Assembly: GCF_900187275.1 (NCBI RefSeq)
Contig: NZ_LT906458.1
Span: 600,001 to 632,000 of the forward strand
DNA: 32,000 nucleotides
Source: Pasteurella multocida
Lineage (GTDB): Bacteria > Pseudomonadota > Gammaproteobacteria > Enterobacterales > Pasteurellaceae
Reading direction: 5' to 3'
Shown: piece after piece, positions 1-9,210 of the stretch
Layout: each line of letters starts with the position of its first letter
Numbering within the stretch: position 1 is the stretch's first letter
Notes under the pieces: model-generated
Seen by the model: the letters and a program-made list of their open reading frames with translations, nothing else
The model's database searches: none
What the model was told of the DNA's origin: nothing
Program-made: the position numbers and the translations under genes

Positions 1-1075
1 GGCGGAGTTAAAAGTCGGCAATCCACAGCATTTAACCACCGATGTGGGACCCGTGATTGATGAAATGGCACAAAAACGCTTATTACAACATATTGAAACC
101 ATGCGAACAGTGGCAAAAGATTGCTATCAAGTGCCAGTTGAGCCAGAAATGCAACAACAGGGAATTTTTGTCCCACCGACTTTATTTGAACTCGAAAATC
201 TTCATCATTTGAAACACGAAGTGTTCGGTCCCGTGTTACATGTGGTTCGTTTTCATGCTTCAGAATTTAATCAAGTTATTGCACAAATCAATTCTACCGG
301 CTTTGGCTTAACCAGTGGCATACACAGTCGTATTGATGAAAGCATTAATCACTGGCTTGAACAGGTTCACGCGGGGAATCTGTACGTGAATCGTAATACT
401 GTCGGTGCAGTCGTGGGGGTACAAGCCTTTGGTGGAAGAGGTTTATCTGGAACAGGACCGAAAGCGGGAGGACCGTTCTATTTGCAACGTTTAGTCCATG
501 CAAAACATTGGGCATTAACGCCATTGCATTACAATACGCCGCGTGATTTATCTGATTTAGCGGCAAAAGTGCGGTCAATTTTCACTAAATCTGAACAAGC
601 GCCTTTACTCTCGCTTATTGATCAAGTTGCGCAATGTTCGCCACTAAATACGACCTTTAGAATGCAAGGGATTACTGGGGAAGAGAATTATCTTACTTTT
701 ACACCACGTTCGTTGATTGCTATTGGGAATGGACCATTAGCACAACAAATGCAAGCGTTGATTGCCGTCGCCGCAGTGGGCGCAACTGCCGTAATCAGTA
801 AATATTCTCAGCTTGCGGCTTATGAAAAACGCTTAGCGGATTATCTGTTTGTTGCTGAAGTGGAGGAATGCGAAGAAATCAGCCAGTTGATTGTTCTCGA
901 TCCGATAACGGCTAAGCAAAAAGCCCAATATGCCGACCGTCCAGGCGCGATCTTGACCTATGTGGAGCAGCTAGATTTAGCGTTGTCCTTGTTCCCATTA
1001 CTGCATGAACAAGCGATCAGCATTAACACCACGGCAGCAGGAGGTAATGCAAGTTTAATGGCAGAAATGGATTAA
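1..1075 (+). CDS. putA: PutA C-terminal region (proline dehydrogenase / P5C dehydrogenase), 5' truncated by window edge
   Basis: The open frame continues upstream of the listed start (AELKVGNPQHLTTDVGPVIDEMAQ...), with aldehyde dehydrogenase C-terminal signatures (EVFGPVLHVVRF, TGLTSGIHSR, GNLYVNRNTVGAVVGVQAFGGRGLSGTGPKAGGP) followed by the C-terminal extension typical of bifunctional PutA. Confidence 0.9.
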   Translation, partial: AELKVGNPQHLTTDVGPVIDEMAQKRLLQHIETMRTVAKDCYQVPVEPEMQQQGIFVPPTLFELENLHHLKHEVFGPVLHVVRFHASEFNQVIAQINSTGFGLTSGIHSRIDESINHWLEQVHAGNLYVNRNTVGAVVGVQAFGGRGLSGTGPKAGGPFYLQRLVHAKHWALTPLHYNTPRDLSDLAAKVRSIFTKSEQAPLLSLIDQVAQCSPLNTTFRMQGITGEENYLTFTPRSLIAIGNGPLAQQMQALIAVAAVGATAVISKYSQLAAYEKRLADYLFVAEVEECEEISQLIVLDPITAKQKAQYADRPGAILTYVEQLDLALSLFPLLHEQAISINTTAAGGNASLMAEMD

Positions 1076-1169
1076 TCAAGACGGCTTTTATTGTGCAAAA
1101 AGTGGGTGCGATGCCCACTTTTTTATTGTATATATAGCTCACTGGTTGAAGATGAAAGGAAATAAGAAA

Positions 1170-2303
1170 ATGATCAAAGCGATAGCCTATTTGTTGGGTT
1201 TAAGTGTTTGTTTGCCCCTGTCGGTTGAGGCTAATGTTACGACAGAAAAACAGCGCTTATTGGATGAATTACAGTCTTCCATTCAGTATATGCAAGGTAT
1301 TGCGACGCGTGGCACACGAGAACCCATTGTATTTGAAGCGCTGAAACCGCATCAGGCTTTTGATCCCAAACAGGCAGAACATTTTATTGCCTTGCCTGCA
1401 CAAACAGAACATACTGTGCCAACTTTACAGACGTTTTTTACGAAAAGTGCCGTGCAACAGCGCTATCAAGCGCCTTATCATTTCTTTAATATTGCGAAAC
1501 AGGAGGATCAACTCGCGACCTTATTAGGTGTTGATCAAGTCTATTTACGCAAAAATAGGGCATTTCAACCGAATTTTATCCCCACTGTAACACAAGATAT
1601 CAAGGGGAATGTCGAACATCAGATTGCGTATTTGTCTGTGCCCAAAATCGTGGCAGAACGTGAGCTTGATGGGGAGGTTCCGATCCACCATTTATCTGAT
1701 ATTGAACACGCCGTGTACGCCACTCAAACCGAACCTTATACACAAGTGGCGATTGAAAGCGAGGAACCGCTTAAACGGGTTTCTTTTAACATTGAACTGG
1801 CATTACCGCGTTTTACCACACAGCAAATAACACATTTTCCTTATGCAATAGACACTGCTTGGGGAAAAATTGAGTTTTTACAAGTGATTGGTAATGCGTT
1901 GGTTTATCGTGTGCCAGCAAACATCGCCGACAAAATGATGGTGTATGCCCTTTATCAAGATGGACGTGCATTAGCCCCGCTTGAAACACTACGTCATCCG
2001 TTACTGACTGAGGCAGAAAAAACGTATCATCATCAATTAGCGAACTTATTTACTGAAGTACATCGCTTAGTCAAGTTGGATAAAATCAAAACAGAGGCAG
2101 AAATTCGCCAATTTTTCCAATCTCGCCAACCGTTCCCGCCAGAGGTCGATGAAAAACAACAGAGACTACACATAACGAGCTATTACACAGGGGATATTGC
2201 CAACGTTGTTCTGTATCTGCCCGAACCCGCAGAAAAACACCAATTTCGTTTAGACTATTCTGTACCTCAGGTGTTGGGGGAAGAAAATGAAGAAGAAAAA
2301 TAA
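1170..2303 (+). CDS. Hypothetical exported protein
   Basis: Long ORF. The start at 1170 has a Shine-Dalgarno-like AAAGGA upstream. N-terminus is a signal peptide (MIKAIAYLLGLSVCLPLSVEA). No family recognised. Confidence 0.7.
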   Translation: MIKAIAYLLGLSVCLPLSVEANVTTEKQRLLDELQSSIQYMQGIATRGTREPIVFEALKPHQAFDPKQAEHFIALPAQTEHTVPTLQTFFTKSAVQQRYQAPYHFFNIAKQEDQLATLLGVDQVYLRKNRAFQPNFIPTVTQDIKGNVEHQIAYLSVPKIVAERELDGEVPIHHLSDIEHAVYATQTEPYTQVAIESEEPLKRVSFNIELALPRFTTQQITHFPYAIDTAWGKIEFLQVIGNALVYRVPANIADKMMVYALYQDGRALAPLETLRHPLLTEAEKTYHHQLANLFTEVHRLVKLDKIKTEAEIRQFFQSRQPFPPEVDEKQQRLHITSYYTGDIANVVLYLPEPAEKHQFRLDYSVPQVLGEENEEEK

Positions 2304-2347
2304 AAAAACTGAATATGTATGCTTATAAATTTATAAGGAAATTAAAA

Positions 2348-3940
2348 ATGATAAATTGGAAATGTTTAATTAAAGCTACTTTTATTGAAAAATTCAAAGA
2401 ATATAAAGCTGCTTTTATTGAAAAATTCAAACAACATAAAGCTAATCTTTTTAGCAAACCAAATGAAGAACAAGTTCTTATTATTGGATTATTTTCTTTT
2501 CTCTTAGCAATTATTTTTATTATATTATTTATTTGGTTCTTGCCTGAAGATCTTGAAGGTGTAAATGGAATTTGGACATTAATAACCGCTATCATTTCTT
2601 CACCTATTCTTTATTTGATATGGCGGTTTAGAGATCAAAATGCCACTAGACAAATCGAAAACCAACGTAAAGACATTAATCTAAAAGAATTTCAAAAAAT
2701 TGCCGAATGGGTGAGTGGCTTACATTTGATTGAAGATGAAGTGACAGAAAAAATAGCTAACCAACCTCAACAAGAAACAACAAGAAAATATACACAACAA
2801 GCTGAGAATTTATCTATTCCCACTTTTAGCAAAAAAGACGGTGCGGTAGGCTTACAAATTGCGGCAATTTATAATTTATTGCCTTTTTATCGTGGGGAGC
2901 ATGGTGAAAGTTTTAAAAAGCCCGCATTGAATTTATTGCTTTCTGCTTGGTTAGCGTTGCAACAGAAAGAGGTCAAAATTTTAGAGAGTTTAGATATTTG
3001 GGCAGATTCGGAAAAATTTGAGACTACCGTTGATAAAATCAAAAAAAATGGACAAAGTCCTATCGGCATTGCGATCACGCAAGTATTACTTGCTGATGGG
3101 GGAAAATATTTAGTGCAATTCCCCGAAATTTTCCCAAACTTATGTCTCGCAGGGATGGACTTTCATCTTCCTGGCTTAGATAAAGGCGTTTTAAACATTT
3201 TTACCCAAACTAGAAATTGTCAAGGCATAATTTTAATTGGATGTAACTTGAAAAATGCAAATTTACAAATGATAGATTTTAGTTCAGCTAACTTAAATGC
3301 TACTAATTTTGAGGGGGCTTGTTTAATAGATAGTCGTTTAATCAATACTAAATTAGATTCTTCTAAACTAAATAAATCAAAATTAAATGGGGCTAAACTT
3401 GTTAACTCTAGTGTGAGATTTTCAGATTTAGAATATGTATCTTTGGAAAAAGCATTTTTGAGAAAAAATGACTTTAGTTATTCTAAACTCTTAGGAGTTA
3501 ATTTCAATGAAGCTGAGTTAAATGACATTCATTTTGAAGGTGTCATCCTTAAGAATAGTACTTTTATTTCTTCATACTTATTACATATAAACTTCTTTAA
3601 TGCTGATTTATTTAATTCTCGATTTAGACCTTCACAGTTATACAAATTAGAGTTTTCACATATTAATTTTAATGATATAGATTTAGAGATTAATGAAATA
3701 AACTTAGTACAGTTTAAATTAGATGGTTGTATTCTATTTTCAGATACGTGCAACGAAGAATATCTAGATCTTTTTAAAAAACAAGGTGGGGTTGTTTTAT
3801 ATAGAACGAACATATTTTCCCCTTCTAGAGTTTGCATAAAGAAAGATAATACCTTACTTGAATATCCAATTACTCAGCAACTTAATTTAGAACAAACCCA
3901 ACAAGAAAACCCAGATTGGGAAATTTCCATTATTGAATAA
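2348..3940 (+). CDS. Membrane-anchored pentapeptide-repeat protein
   Basis: ATG at 2348 preceded by AAGGAA (2335-2340). Two hydrophobic segments near the N-terminus (VLIIGLFSFLLAIIFIILFIWFL; WTLITAIISSPILYLIW). The C-terminal half has A(N/D)Lxx-like repeats (LKNANLQMIDFSSANLNATNFEGACLIDSRLINTKL...). Confidence 0.8.
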   Translation: MINWKCLIKATFIEKFKEYKAAFIEKFKQHKANLFSKPNEEQVLIIGLFSFLLAIIFIILFIWFLPEDLEGVNGIWTLITAIISSPILYLIWRFRDQNATRQIENQRKDINLKEFQKIAEWVSGLHLIEDEVTEKIANQPQQETTRKYTQQAENLSIPTFSKKDGAVGLQIAAIYNLLPFYRGEHGESFKKPALNLLLSAWLALQQKEVKILESLDIWADSEKFETTVDKIKKNGQSPIGIAITQVLLADGGKYLVQFPEIFPNLCLAGMDFHLPGLDKGVLNIFTQTRNCQGIILIGCNLKNANLQMIDFSSANLNATNFEGACLIDSRLINTKLDSSKLNKSKLNGAKLVNSSVRFSDLEYVSLEKAFLRKNDFSYSKLLGVNFNEAELNDIHFEGVILKNSTFISSYLLHINFFNADLFNSRFRPSQLYKLEFSHINFNDIDLEINEINLVQFKLDGCILFSDTCNEEYLDLFKKQGGVVLYRTNIFSPSRVCIKKDNTLLEYPITQQLNLEQTQQENPDWEISIIE

Positions 3941-3964
3941 CCTTATCTTTTTTTCTAAAAAAAC

Positions 3965-3990
3965 ACCGCACTTTATCACTAAAGTGCGGT
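3965..3990. terminator. Inverted uptake-signal pair acting as bidirectional terminator
   Basis: ACCGCACTTT (3965-3974) / AAAGTGCGGT (3981-3990), 10-bp stem, 6-nt loop, T-rich 3' flank. Lies between convergent genes. Confidence 0.9.
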
Positions 3991-4009
3991 TGTTTTTTGC
4001 TAGGTTTTG

Positions 4010-5605
4010 TTAATCCGCTAACTTAGTGCCGTAGAAGTAGCTATAACCAAATGGGCTTTGTTTATAGTCTTTGACACGCAGACTTAATGCGGTATTGGTG
4101 ATGGAGTGGGCGACAGTGATCCACGGGGCTTGTTCTTTCGCGATCACTTGCGCTTGTTTGTATAGCTCAGCGCGTTCCGCTTGGTTAGATAAGCTGATTG
4201 CTTTGCTTAATAACGCGTCAAACTCTGCATTACTCCAACGGGCATAGTTACTGTTACCGATGTTTTCAGTGCCTAATAACGGGGATAAGAAGTTATCCGG
4301 ATCGCCATTATCGCCTGACCAACCGTAAGTACCCGCGGTGAGTTCACCTGCTTTGGTGCGTTTAATGTAATCCCCCCATTCATAACTGACCAATTTAGCT
4401 TTCACGCCCGCTTTTGCCCAGTCATTCTGAATCACTTCAGCCATACGACGTGGGTTCGGGTTTGAGGCACGCACCACCGGTTGCACCCAAATTTCGGTTT
4501 CAAATCCATTTGGATAACCGGCTTCGGCTAAGAGTTGTTTGGCTTTTTCAATATCAAATGGGTAGTCCTGTACATCATCGTTATAGCTCCAAATCGTTGG
4601 TGGTAGGACATTTTTCGCCATCACGCCTGCGCCTTGGTACACCACATCAATGATGGCTTTTTTATCGGTAGCATAGTTTAAAGCTTGGCGCACTTTCACA
4701 TTATCAAACGGCGCTTTTTCGGTATTAAACGCAATATAGGCAATATTTAAGCCTTCTTTTGACATCAACTGAATTTTCGGATCAGCTTTCATTTTGGCTA
4801 AATCGGCGATATTCGGGAAGTCGATCATATCACACGCACCAGATTGTAATTTGGCATAACGTGTCCCCGCATCAGGCACAATATCAAAAATCAAACGATC
4901 AATTTCGGCTTTCGGTTGCCAATAATCAGGGTTCGCGAGGAAACGGATTTTTTGTTCTAACTGATAACCTGCAAAAATAAAGGGACCCGTACCAATTGGT
5001 GTGGTATCCACTTTTTCTGGCGTGCCTGCTTTCATCATTTTATCGGCATATTCCGCAGAATAAATCGAGATGAAGTCCATACCTAAGCTCGCTAAGAAAG
5101 TCGCATCGGGCTTGGTTAAGGTGATTTTCACTGTGTAATCATCCACTTTTTCTACTGCTTGCAACAATTTTGGAAACTTCATCGCATTGAAATACGGATA
5201 AGTGCCTTTCGATACCTCGTGGTAAGGATGGGTTTTGTCCAACTGACGTTGGAAAGAGAAAATCACGTCATCGGCGTTAAATTCACGGCTCGGCTGATAG
5301 TCTTTAGTTTTGTGGAATTTCACGCCTTTACGTAAATGAAAAGTGTACGTCAATCCGTCATCGCTAATTTGCCAACTTTCTGCCAACGCAGGTTCGATAT
5401 CGGTCGATCCTCGTTTAAATTCAATCAAGCGATTGTACACTTGTTGAGAACTGGCATTATACGAAATACCTTCCATGACGAGGGCAGGGCTAAAGCTACT
5501 TGGTGCACGGCTGACGCAGTTAATAAAGGTTTTATTACTGGCTTGTGCACTGTTAAAAATCATCAATCCTGCGGCAATGAATGAGAGTTTGGTTGTCAAC
5601 TTCAT
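4010..5605 (-). CDS. ABC transporter periplasmic substrate-binding protein, peptide/heme (DppA/OppA, SBP_bac_5) family
   Basis: Signal peptide MKLTTKLSFIAAGLMIFNSAQA; family-typical AESWQISDDGLTYTFHLRKGVKFH, DPDNFLSPLL, VRQALNYATDKKAI. Shine-Dalgarno AAGGAG upstream on the minus strand. Confidence 0.92.
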   Translation of the reverse strand: MKLTTKLSFIAAGLMIFNSAQASNKTFINCVSRAPSSFSPALVMEGISYNASSQQVYNRLIEFKRGSTDIEPALAESWQISDDGLTYTFHLRKGVKFHKTKDYQPSREFNADDVIFSFQRQLDKTHPYHEVSKGTYPYFNAMKFPKLLQAVEKVDDYTVKITLTKPDATFLASLGMDFISIYSAEYADKMMKAGTPEKVDTTPIGTGPFIFAGYQLEQKIRFLANPDYWQPKAEIDRLIFDIVPDAGTRYAKLQSGACDMIDFPNIADLAKMKADPKIQLMSKEGLNIAYIAFNTEKAPFDNVKVRQALNYATDKKAIIDVVYQGAGVMAKNVLPPTIWSYNDDVQDYPFDIEKAKQLLAEAGYPNGFETEIWVQPVVRASNPNPRRMAEVIQNDWAKAGVKAKLVSYEWGDYIKRTKAGELTAGTYGWSGDNGDPDNFLSPLLGTENIGNSNYARWSNAEFDALLSKAISLSNQAERAELYKQAQVIAKEQAPWITVAHSITNTALSLRVKDYKQSPFGYSYFYGTKLAD

Positions 5606-5824
5606 ACAGTCTCCTTTTAAGTAAATACATCATTTCCCTGTATACTAAGCGAAATTGCTAGGATAACCCAAAGAATTTGCTGTTTTAATTTATAACAGAT
5701 TGCTATAAAAATGGCTATTTTTTGTTTGTCATTTAAGCGCTGTGATCTAATAACCTTTTGTGGATTGAGGCTTTTGAGCAAAAATCCAAATCGCCAAACA
5801 AAATCAAATATGATACAATTTTCG

Positions 5825-5871
5825 ACCGCACTTTTGCCTTATTCAGAGTAGGAATGAGTCTAAAGTGCGGT
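5825..5871 (+). promoter_or_regulatory. Structured thrS leader hairpin containing an inverted uptake-signal pair
   Basis: Outer 10-bp stem ACCGCACTTT/AAAGTGCGGT; inner 7-bp stem CTTATTC (5838-5844)/GAATGAG (5852-5858) with one G-T wobble; 7-nt loop AGAGTAG; followed by TTATTTTT. Confidence 0.6.
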
Positions 5872-5900
5872 TTATTTTTGAAAAATTTTAGCAAAAACAA

Positions 5901-5921
5901 GTAACCTCTCGTATGGGTTAC
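5901..5921 (+). promoter_or_regulatory. Candidate ThrRS autoregulatory operator (anticodon-arm mimic)
   Basis: 6-bp stem GTAACC/GGTTAC plus possible T-G closing pair, leaving the 7-nt loop CTCGTAT (U33-CGU-A37 arrangement) just upstream of the thrS Shine-Dalgarno. Confidence 0.7.
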
Positions 5922-5939
5922 CACTGTAAAGGAAAACTT

Positions 5940-7871
5940 ATGCCAATTATTACTTTGCCTGACGGTTCACAGCGTCAGTTTGAACAACCTATTTCTGTGA
6001 TGGATGTTGCTGCCAGTATTGGTGCGGGTCTAGCGAAGGCTTGTATTGCAGGTCGTGTTAATGGCGAGCGGAAAGATGCTTGCGATCTGATTACTGAAGA
6101 CAGCAAACTAGAGATTATTACCGCAAAAGAGGAAGATGGTTTAGAAATTATTCGTCACTCTTGTGCGCACTTATTAGGTCATGCCATTAAACAGCTATTC
6201 CCAAATGTAAAAATGGCGATTGGTCCAACTATCGACAAGGGTTTTTATTATGACGTGGATCTTGATCGTTCTTTAACCCAAGAGGATTTAGATGCACTCG
6301 AAAAACGTATGCTTGAACTGGCAAAAACCAACTATGATGTGGTGAAAAAAGTGGTCAGCTGGCAAGAAGCCCGTGATACCTTTGAAGCCCGCGGCGAGCC
6401 ATACAAAATGGCAATTTTAGATGAAAACATCGATCGTTGTGATACGCCAGCGCTTTATCATCACGAAGAATACGTTGATATGTGTCGTGGTCCACACGTA
6501 CCTAATATGCGTTTTTGCCATCACTTTAAATTAATGAAAGTTGCTGGTGCATACTGGCGTGGTGACAGCAAAAATAAAATGTTACAACGTATCTACGGTA
6601 CCGCGTGGGCAGATAAAAAACAATTAAGCGAATACTTAACCCGTTTAGAAGAAGCGGCAAAACGTGACCACCGTAAAATTGGTAAAGCGTTAGATTTATA
6701 TCATATGCAAGAAGAAGCGCCGGGTATGGTGTTCTGGCACAATGACGGTTGGACAATTTTCCGTGAACTTGAAACCTTCGTGCGTACTAAATTAAAAGAA
6801 TACGATTACCAAGAAGTAAAAGGTCCATTTATGATGGATCGCGTATTATGGGAAAAAACAGGGCACTGGCAAAACTACGGTGATTTGATGTTCACCACTC
6901 AATCAGAAAACCGTGAATATGCGATTAAACCGATGAACTGCCCGGGACACGTGCAAATCTTTAATCAAGGTTTAAAATCCTACCGCGATCTACCAATTCG
7001 TATGGCGGAATTTGGTTCATGCCACCGTAACGAACCGTCAGGTTCATTGCACGGTTTAATGCGTGTACGTGGTTTCACCCAAGATGATGCGCATATTTTC
7101 TGTACGGAAGATCAAATTGAAAGTGAAGTAACGGCGTGTATCAAAATGGTTTACGACATTTACAGCACATTCGGTTTTGAAAACATTCAAGTGAAACTGT
7201 CAACCCGTCCAGAAAAACGTATTGGGGCCGATGAAATGTGGGACAGAGCCGAAGCCGGTCTTGCTGCTGCACTGTCGCACAATGGTCTTGAATATGAAAT
7301 TCAAGAAGGTGAAGGGGCATTCTATGGTCCGAAAATCGAATTTGCTTTACGTGACTGTTTAGATCGTGAATGGCAGTGCGGGACAATTCAGTTAGACTTC
7401 GCCTTACCGGGTCGCCTCAATGCGTCTTATGTGGCAGAAGATAATGATCGCCGTACTCCTGTGATGATTCACCGTGCAATTTTAGGTTCTATCGAGCGTT
7501 TCATCGGAATTATCACCGAAGAATACGCCGGTTTCTTCCCCGCATGGTTAGCGCCAACACAAGCGATCGTGATGAACATCACGGATTCACAATCTGACTA
7601 TGTGCAAAAAGTGGTGAAAACGTTATCTGATGCGGGTTTACGTGTGAAATCAGATTTACGTAATGAAAAAATCGGTTTCAAAATTCGTGAACACACCTTA
7701 CGTCGCGTACCATACATGTTAGTTTGTGGCGATAAAGAAATCGAAGCCGGCAAAGTGGCGGTGCGTACCCGTAAAGGTGCCGACCTCGGTACATTCACCA
7801 TTGAAGAATTTTTAGATATTCTGAAAAAACAAGTACGTTCTCGCGAACTGAAATTGTTAGGTGAAGAATAG
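5940..7871 (+). CDS. thrS: Threonyl-tRNA synthetase
   Basis: [28 protein letters not shown]... (TGS domain) and class II catalytic sequence ([39 protein letters not shown]). The listed ORF start at 5913 is an in-frame upstream ATG. AAGGAAAAC precedes the ATG at 5940. Confidence 0.97.
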   Translation: MPIITLPDGSQRQFEQPISVMDVAASIGAGLAKACIAGRVNGERKDACDLITEDSKLEIITAKEEDGLEIIRHSCAHLLGHAIKQLFPNVKMAIGPTIDKGFYYDVDLDRSLTQEDLDALEKRMLELAKTNYDVVKKVVSWQEARDTFEARGEPYKMAILDENIDRCDTPALYHHEEYVDMCRGPHVPNMRFCHHFKLMKVAGAYWRGDSKNKMLQRIYGTAWADKKQLSEYLTRLEEAAKRDHRKIGKALDLYHMQEEAPGMVFWHNDGWTIFRELETFVRTKLKEYDYQEVKGPFMMDRVLWEKTGHWQNYGDLMFTTQSENREYAIKPMNCPGHVQIFNQGLKSYRDLPIRMAEFGSCHRNEPSGSLHGLMRVRGFTQDDAHIFCTEDQIESEVTACIKMVYDIYSTFGFENIQVKLSTRPEKRIGADEMWDRAEAGLAAALSHNGLEYEIQEGEGAFYGPKIEFALRDCLDREWQCGTIQLDFALPGRLNASYVAEDNDRRTPVMIHRAILGSIERFIGIITEEYAGFFPAWLAPTQAIVMNITDSQSDYVQKVVKTLSDAGLRVKSDLRNEKIGFKIREHTLRRVPYMLVCGDKEIEAGKVAVRTRKGADLGTFTIEEFLDILKKQVRSRELKLLGEE

Positions 7872-7901
7872 TTTTTCGCTTTCTTTAAGAAAACAGCAAA
7901 G

Positions 7902-7927
7902 TGCGGTCATATTTGACCGCATTTTTT
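7902..7927 (+). terminator. Intrinsic terminator downstream of thrS (overlaps an uptake-signal core)
   Basis: TGCGGTCA/TGACCGCA stem with loop TATT, followed by a T run. Confidence 0.85.
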
Positions 7928-8179
7928 ATGCGGAGAGAATAGCTGAGTAGAGAAATAAATGTTTAAAGAGAGGAAATTTTGAACATGTTTTATTGAGCTG
8001 TTTATCGTATCAACAGATTTCCTTATCAAGTCGAAACCATTCATCTTAAATTCATGGCATACTTACGTGGGGCGTATATCAATAAACCAAAATCATAAAA
8101 AAGCGAGGACGCCTGAGGCGTCCTGGGTAGAGAAGTGAAAATTTTTGTTAAAACACGCGCACTTTGAAAAGCTTTGGGG

Positions 8180-8980
8180 TTATTTAAGTAAATGCGCAAT
8201 CAACATATAAGCCGCAATCGCTAATAAAATCAGTCCGAGCATTTTTCTGGCAACATCGGGGTGCAAAAGTCCGCGGATTTTCATTGAAATAAAGCTAGTA
8301 ACAAATGAGCTTAATACGACAATTGTGACAACAGAAAAATTCACATAGCCAATTTGCCAACCGTAGTCCAAATGGAATGGCGGGGTTTTGGATAAATAGC
8401 CGTACAAGCTACCTAAACCACCGATCACCATCATGTAGTTAGTATAAGGGGCGATTTGATGAGGTTTGACACTATTAAGTTGACCGATTAACGGTGCCAT
8501 AATCGACCCCCCGCCAATGCCGGTCATTCCCGCCACACCGCCGCCAAATAAACACAATCCCGCGCCTTTTAAATTTTCATGCCGTTCTGCTTGATCAGTT
8601 TTGACGATTTTAGAATGAAAAATTGTTCGTATTGCTAAGATCGTTAATACACTAATAAAGACAATCACAATCAGCGTATCGGGTAAATAAAAACTGGCTT
8701 CAAAACCTAACTGAACACCAATAATCATCCCAACAGACCAAAGCAACATGGCTTTAAAATTAATCTGAATTTTCTGTTTATAAAAATAAATAAGGTTAAT
8801 GAGAGAAGAACCAATCACGATAGTAAGCGATGTTGCTGCCACCATTTGTAAGGGGAAATCGGGAAAGAGGGTATATAAAATTGGCACCATCAATACACCA
8901 CCACCAATGCCAAAAATAGCGGACATGAAATTCGTTAGCACACCACACACAATCAGAATTAAAATTAATTGCAAGCCCAT
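8180..8980 (-). CDS. TauE/SafE-family (sulfite exporter-type) membrane permease
   Basis: Multiple TM segments with repeated glycine-rich motifs (GIFGIGGGVLMVPILYTLFPDFPLQMVAATSL; GVAGMTGIGGGSIMAPLI). Confidence 0.85.
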   Translation of the reverse strand: MGLQLILILIVCGVLTNFMSAIFGIGGGVLMVPILYTLFPDFPLQMVAATSLTIVIGSSLINLIYFYKQKIQINFKAMLLWSVGMIIGVQLGFEASFYLPDTLIVIVFISVLTILAIRTIFHSKIVKTDQAERHENLKGAGLCLFGGGVAGMTGIGGGSIMAPLIGQLNSVKPHQIAPYTNYMMVIGGLGSLYGYLSKTPPFHLDYGWQIGYVNFSVVTIVVLSSFVTSFISMKIRGLLHPDVARKMLGLILLAIAAYMLIAHLLK

Positions 8981-9086
8981 AAATAAAAAGCCTCCATCTT
9001 TTTTGTTTCATTATGCCTTGAATCTGAACTGACAATTTATGATCATGCTCATATTGAAAAACATTTTTTCTTTCGCATTTAAAATT

Positions 9087-9102
9087 TGTGATCTAACTCA
9101 CC
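9087..9102. promoter_or_regulatory. Candidate CRP binding site
   Basis: TGTGA-TCTAAC-TCACC, one mismatch to the TGTGA-N6-TCACA core. Lies in the divergent intergenic region between the permease and the symporter/sulfatase operon. Confidence 0.5.
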
Positions 9103-9210
9103 ATGACCATATGATAAATATCATAAGCCTTCAATAACGCCTGTATTATTCTAATTACGTATCTTTTTTTAGATATTTTCATTTATTTTAATATAAGCAA
9201 GGAGGATATT

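Noticed and set aside
345-578. Minus-strand ORF of 77 aa
   Set aside because: Antisense to the conserved PutA coding region; no recognisable domain.
1609-1830. Plus-strand 73-aa ORF
   Set aside because: Out-of-frame shadow within the longer exported-protein ORF.
2323-3837. Minus-strand ORFs of 90, 63 and 102 aa
   Set aside because: Antisense to the pentapeptide-repeat protein, composition of AT-rich shadow ORFs.
4414-5584. Plus-strand ORFs of 79, 73 and 82 aa
   Set aside because: Antisense to the DppA/OppA-like gene.
6526-7801. Minus-strand ORFs inside thrS
   Set aside because: Antisense shadows of a highly conserved gene.
8796-9035. Overlapping ORFs on both strands around the TauE/SafE start
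   Set aside because: Shadows overlapping the permease 5' end; the plus-strand one resembles no known protein.
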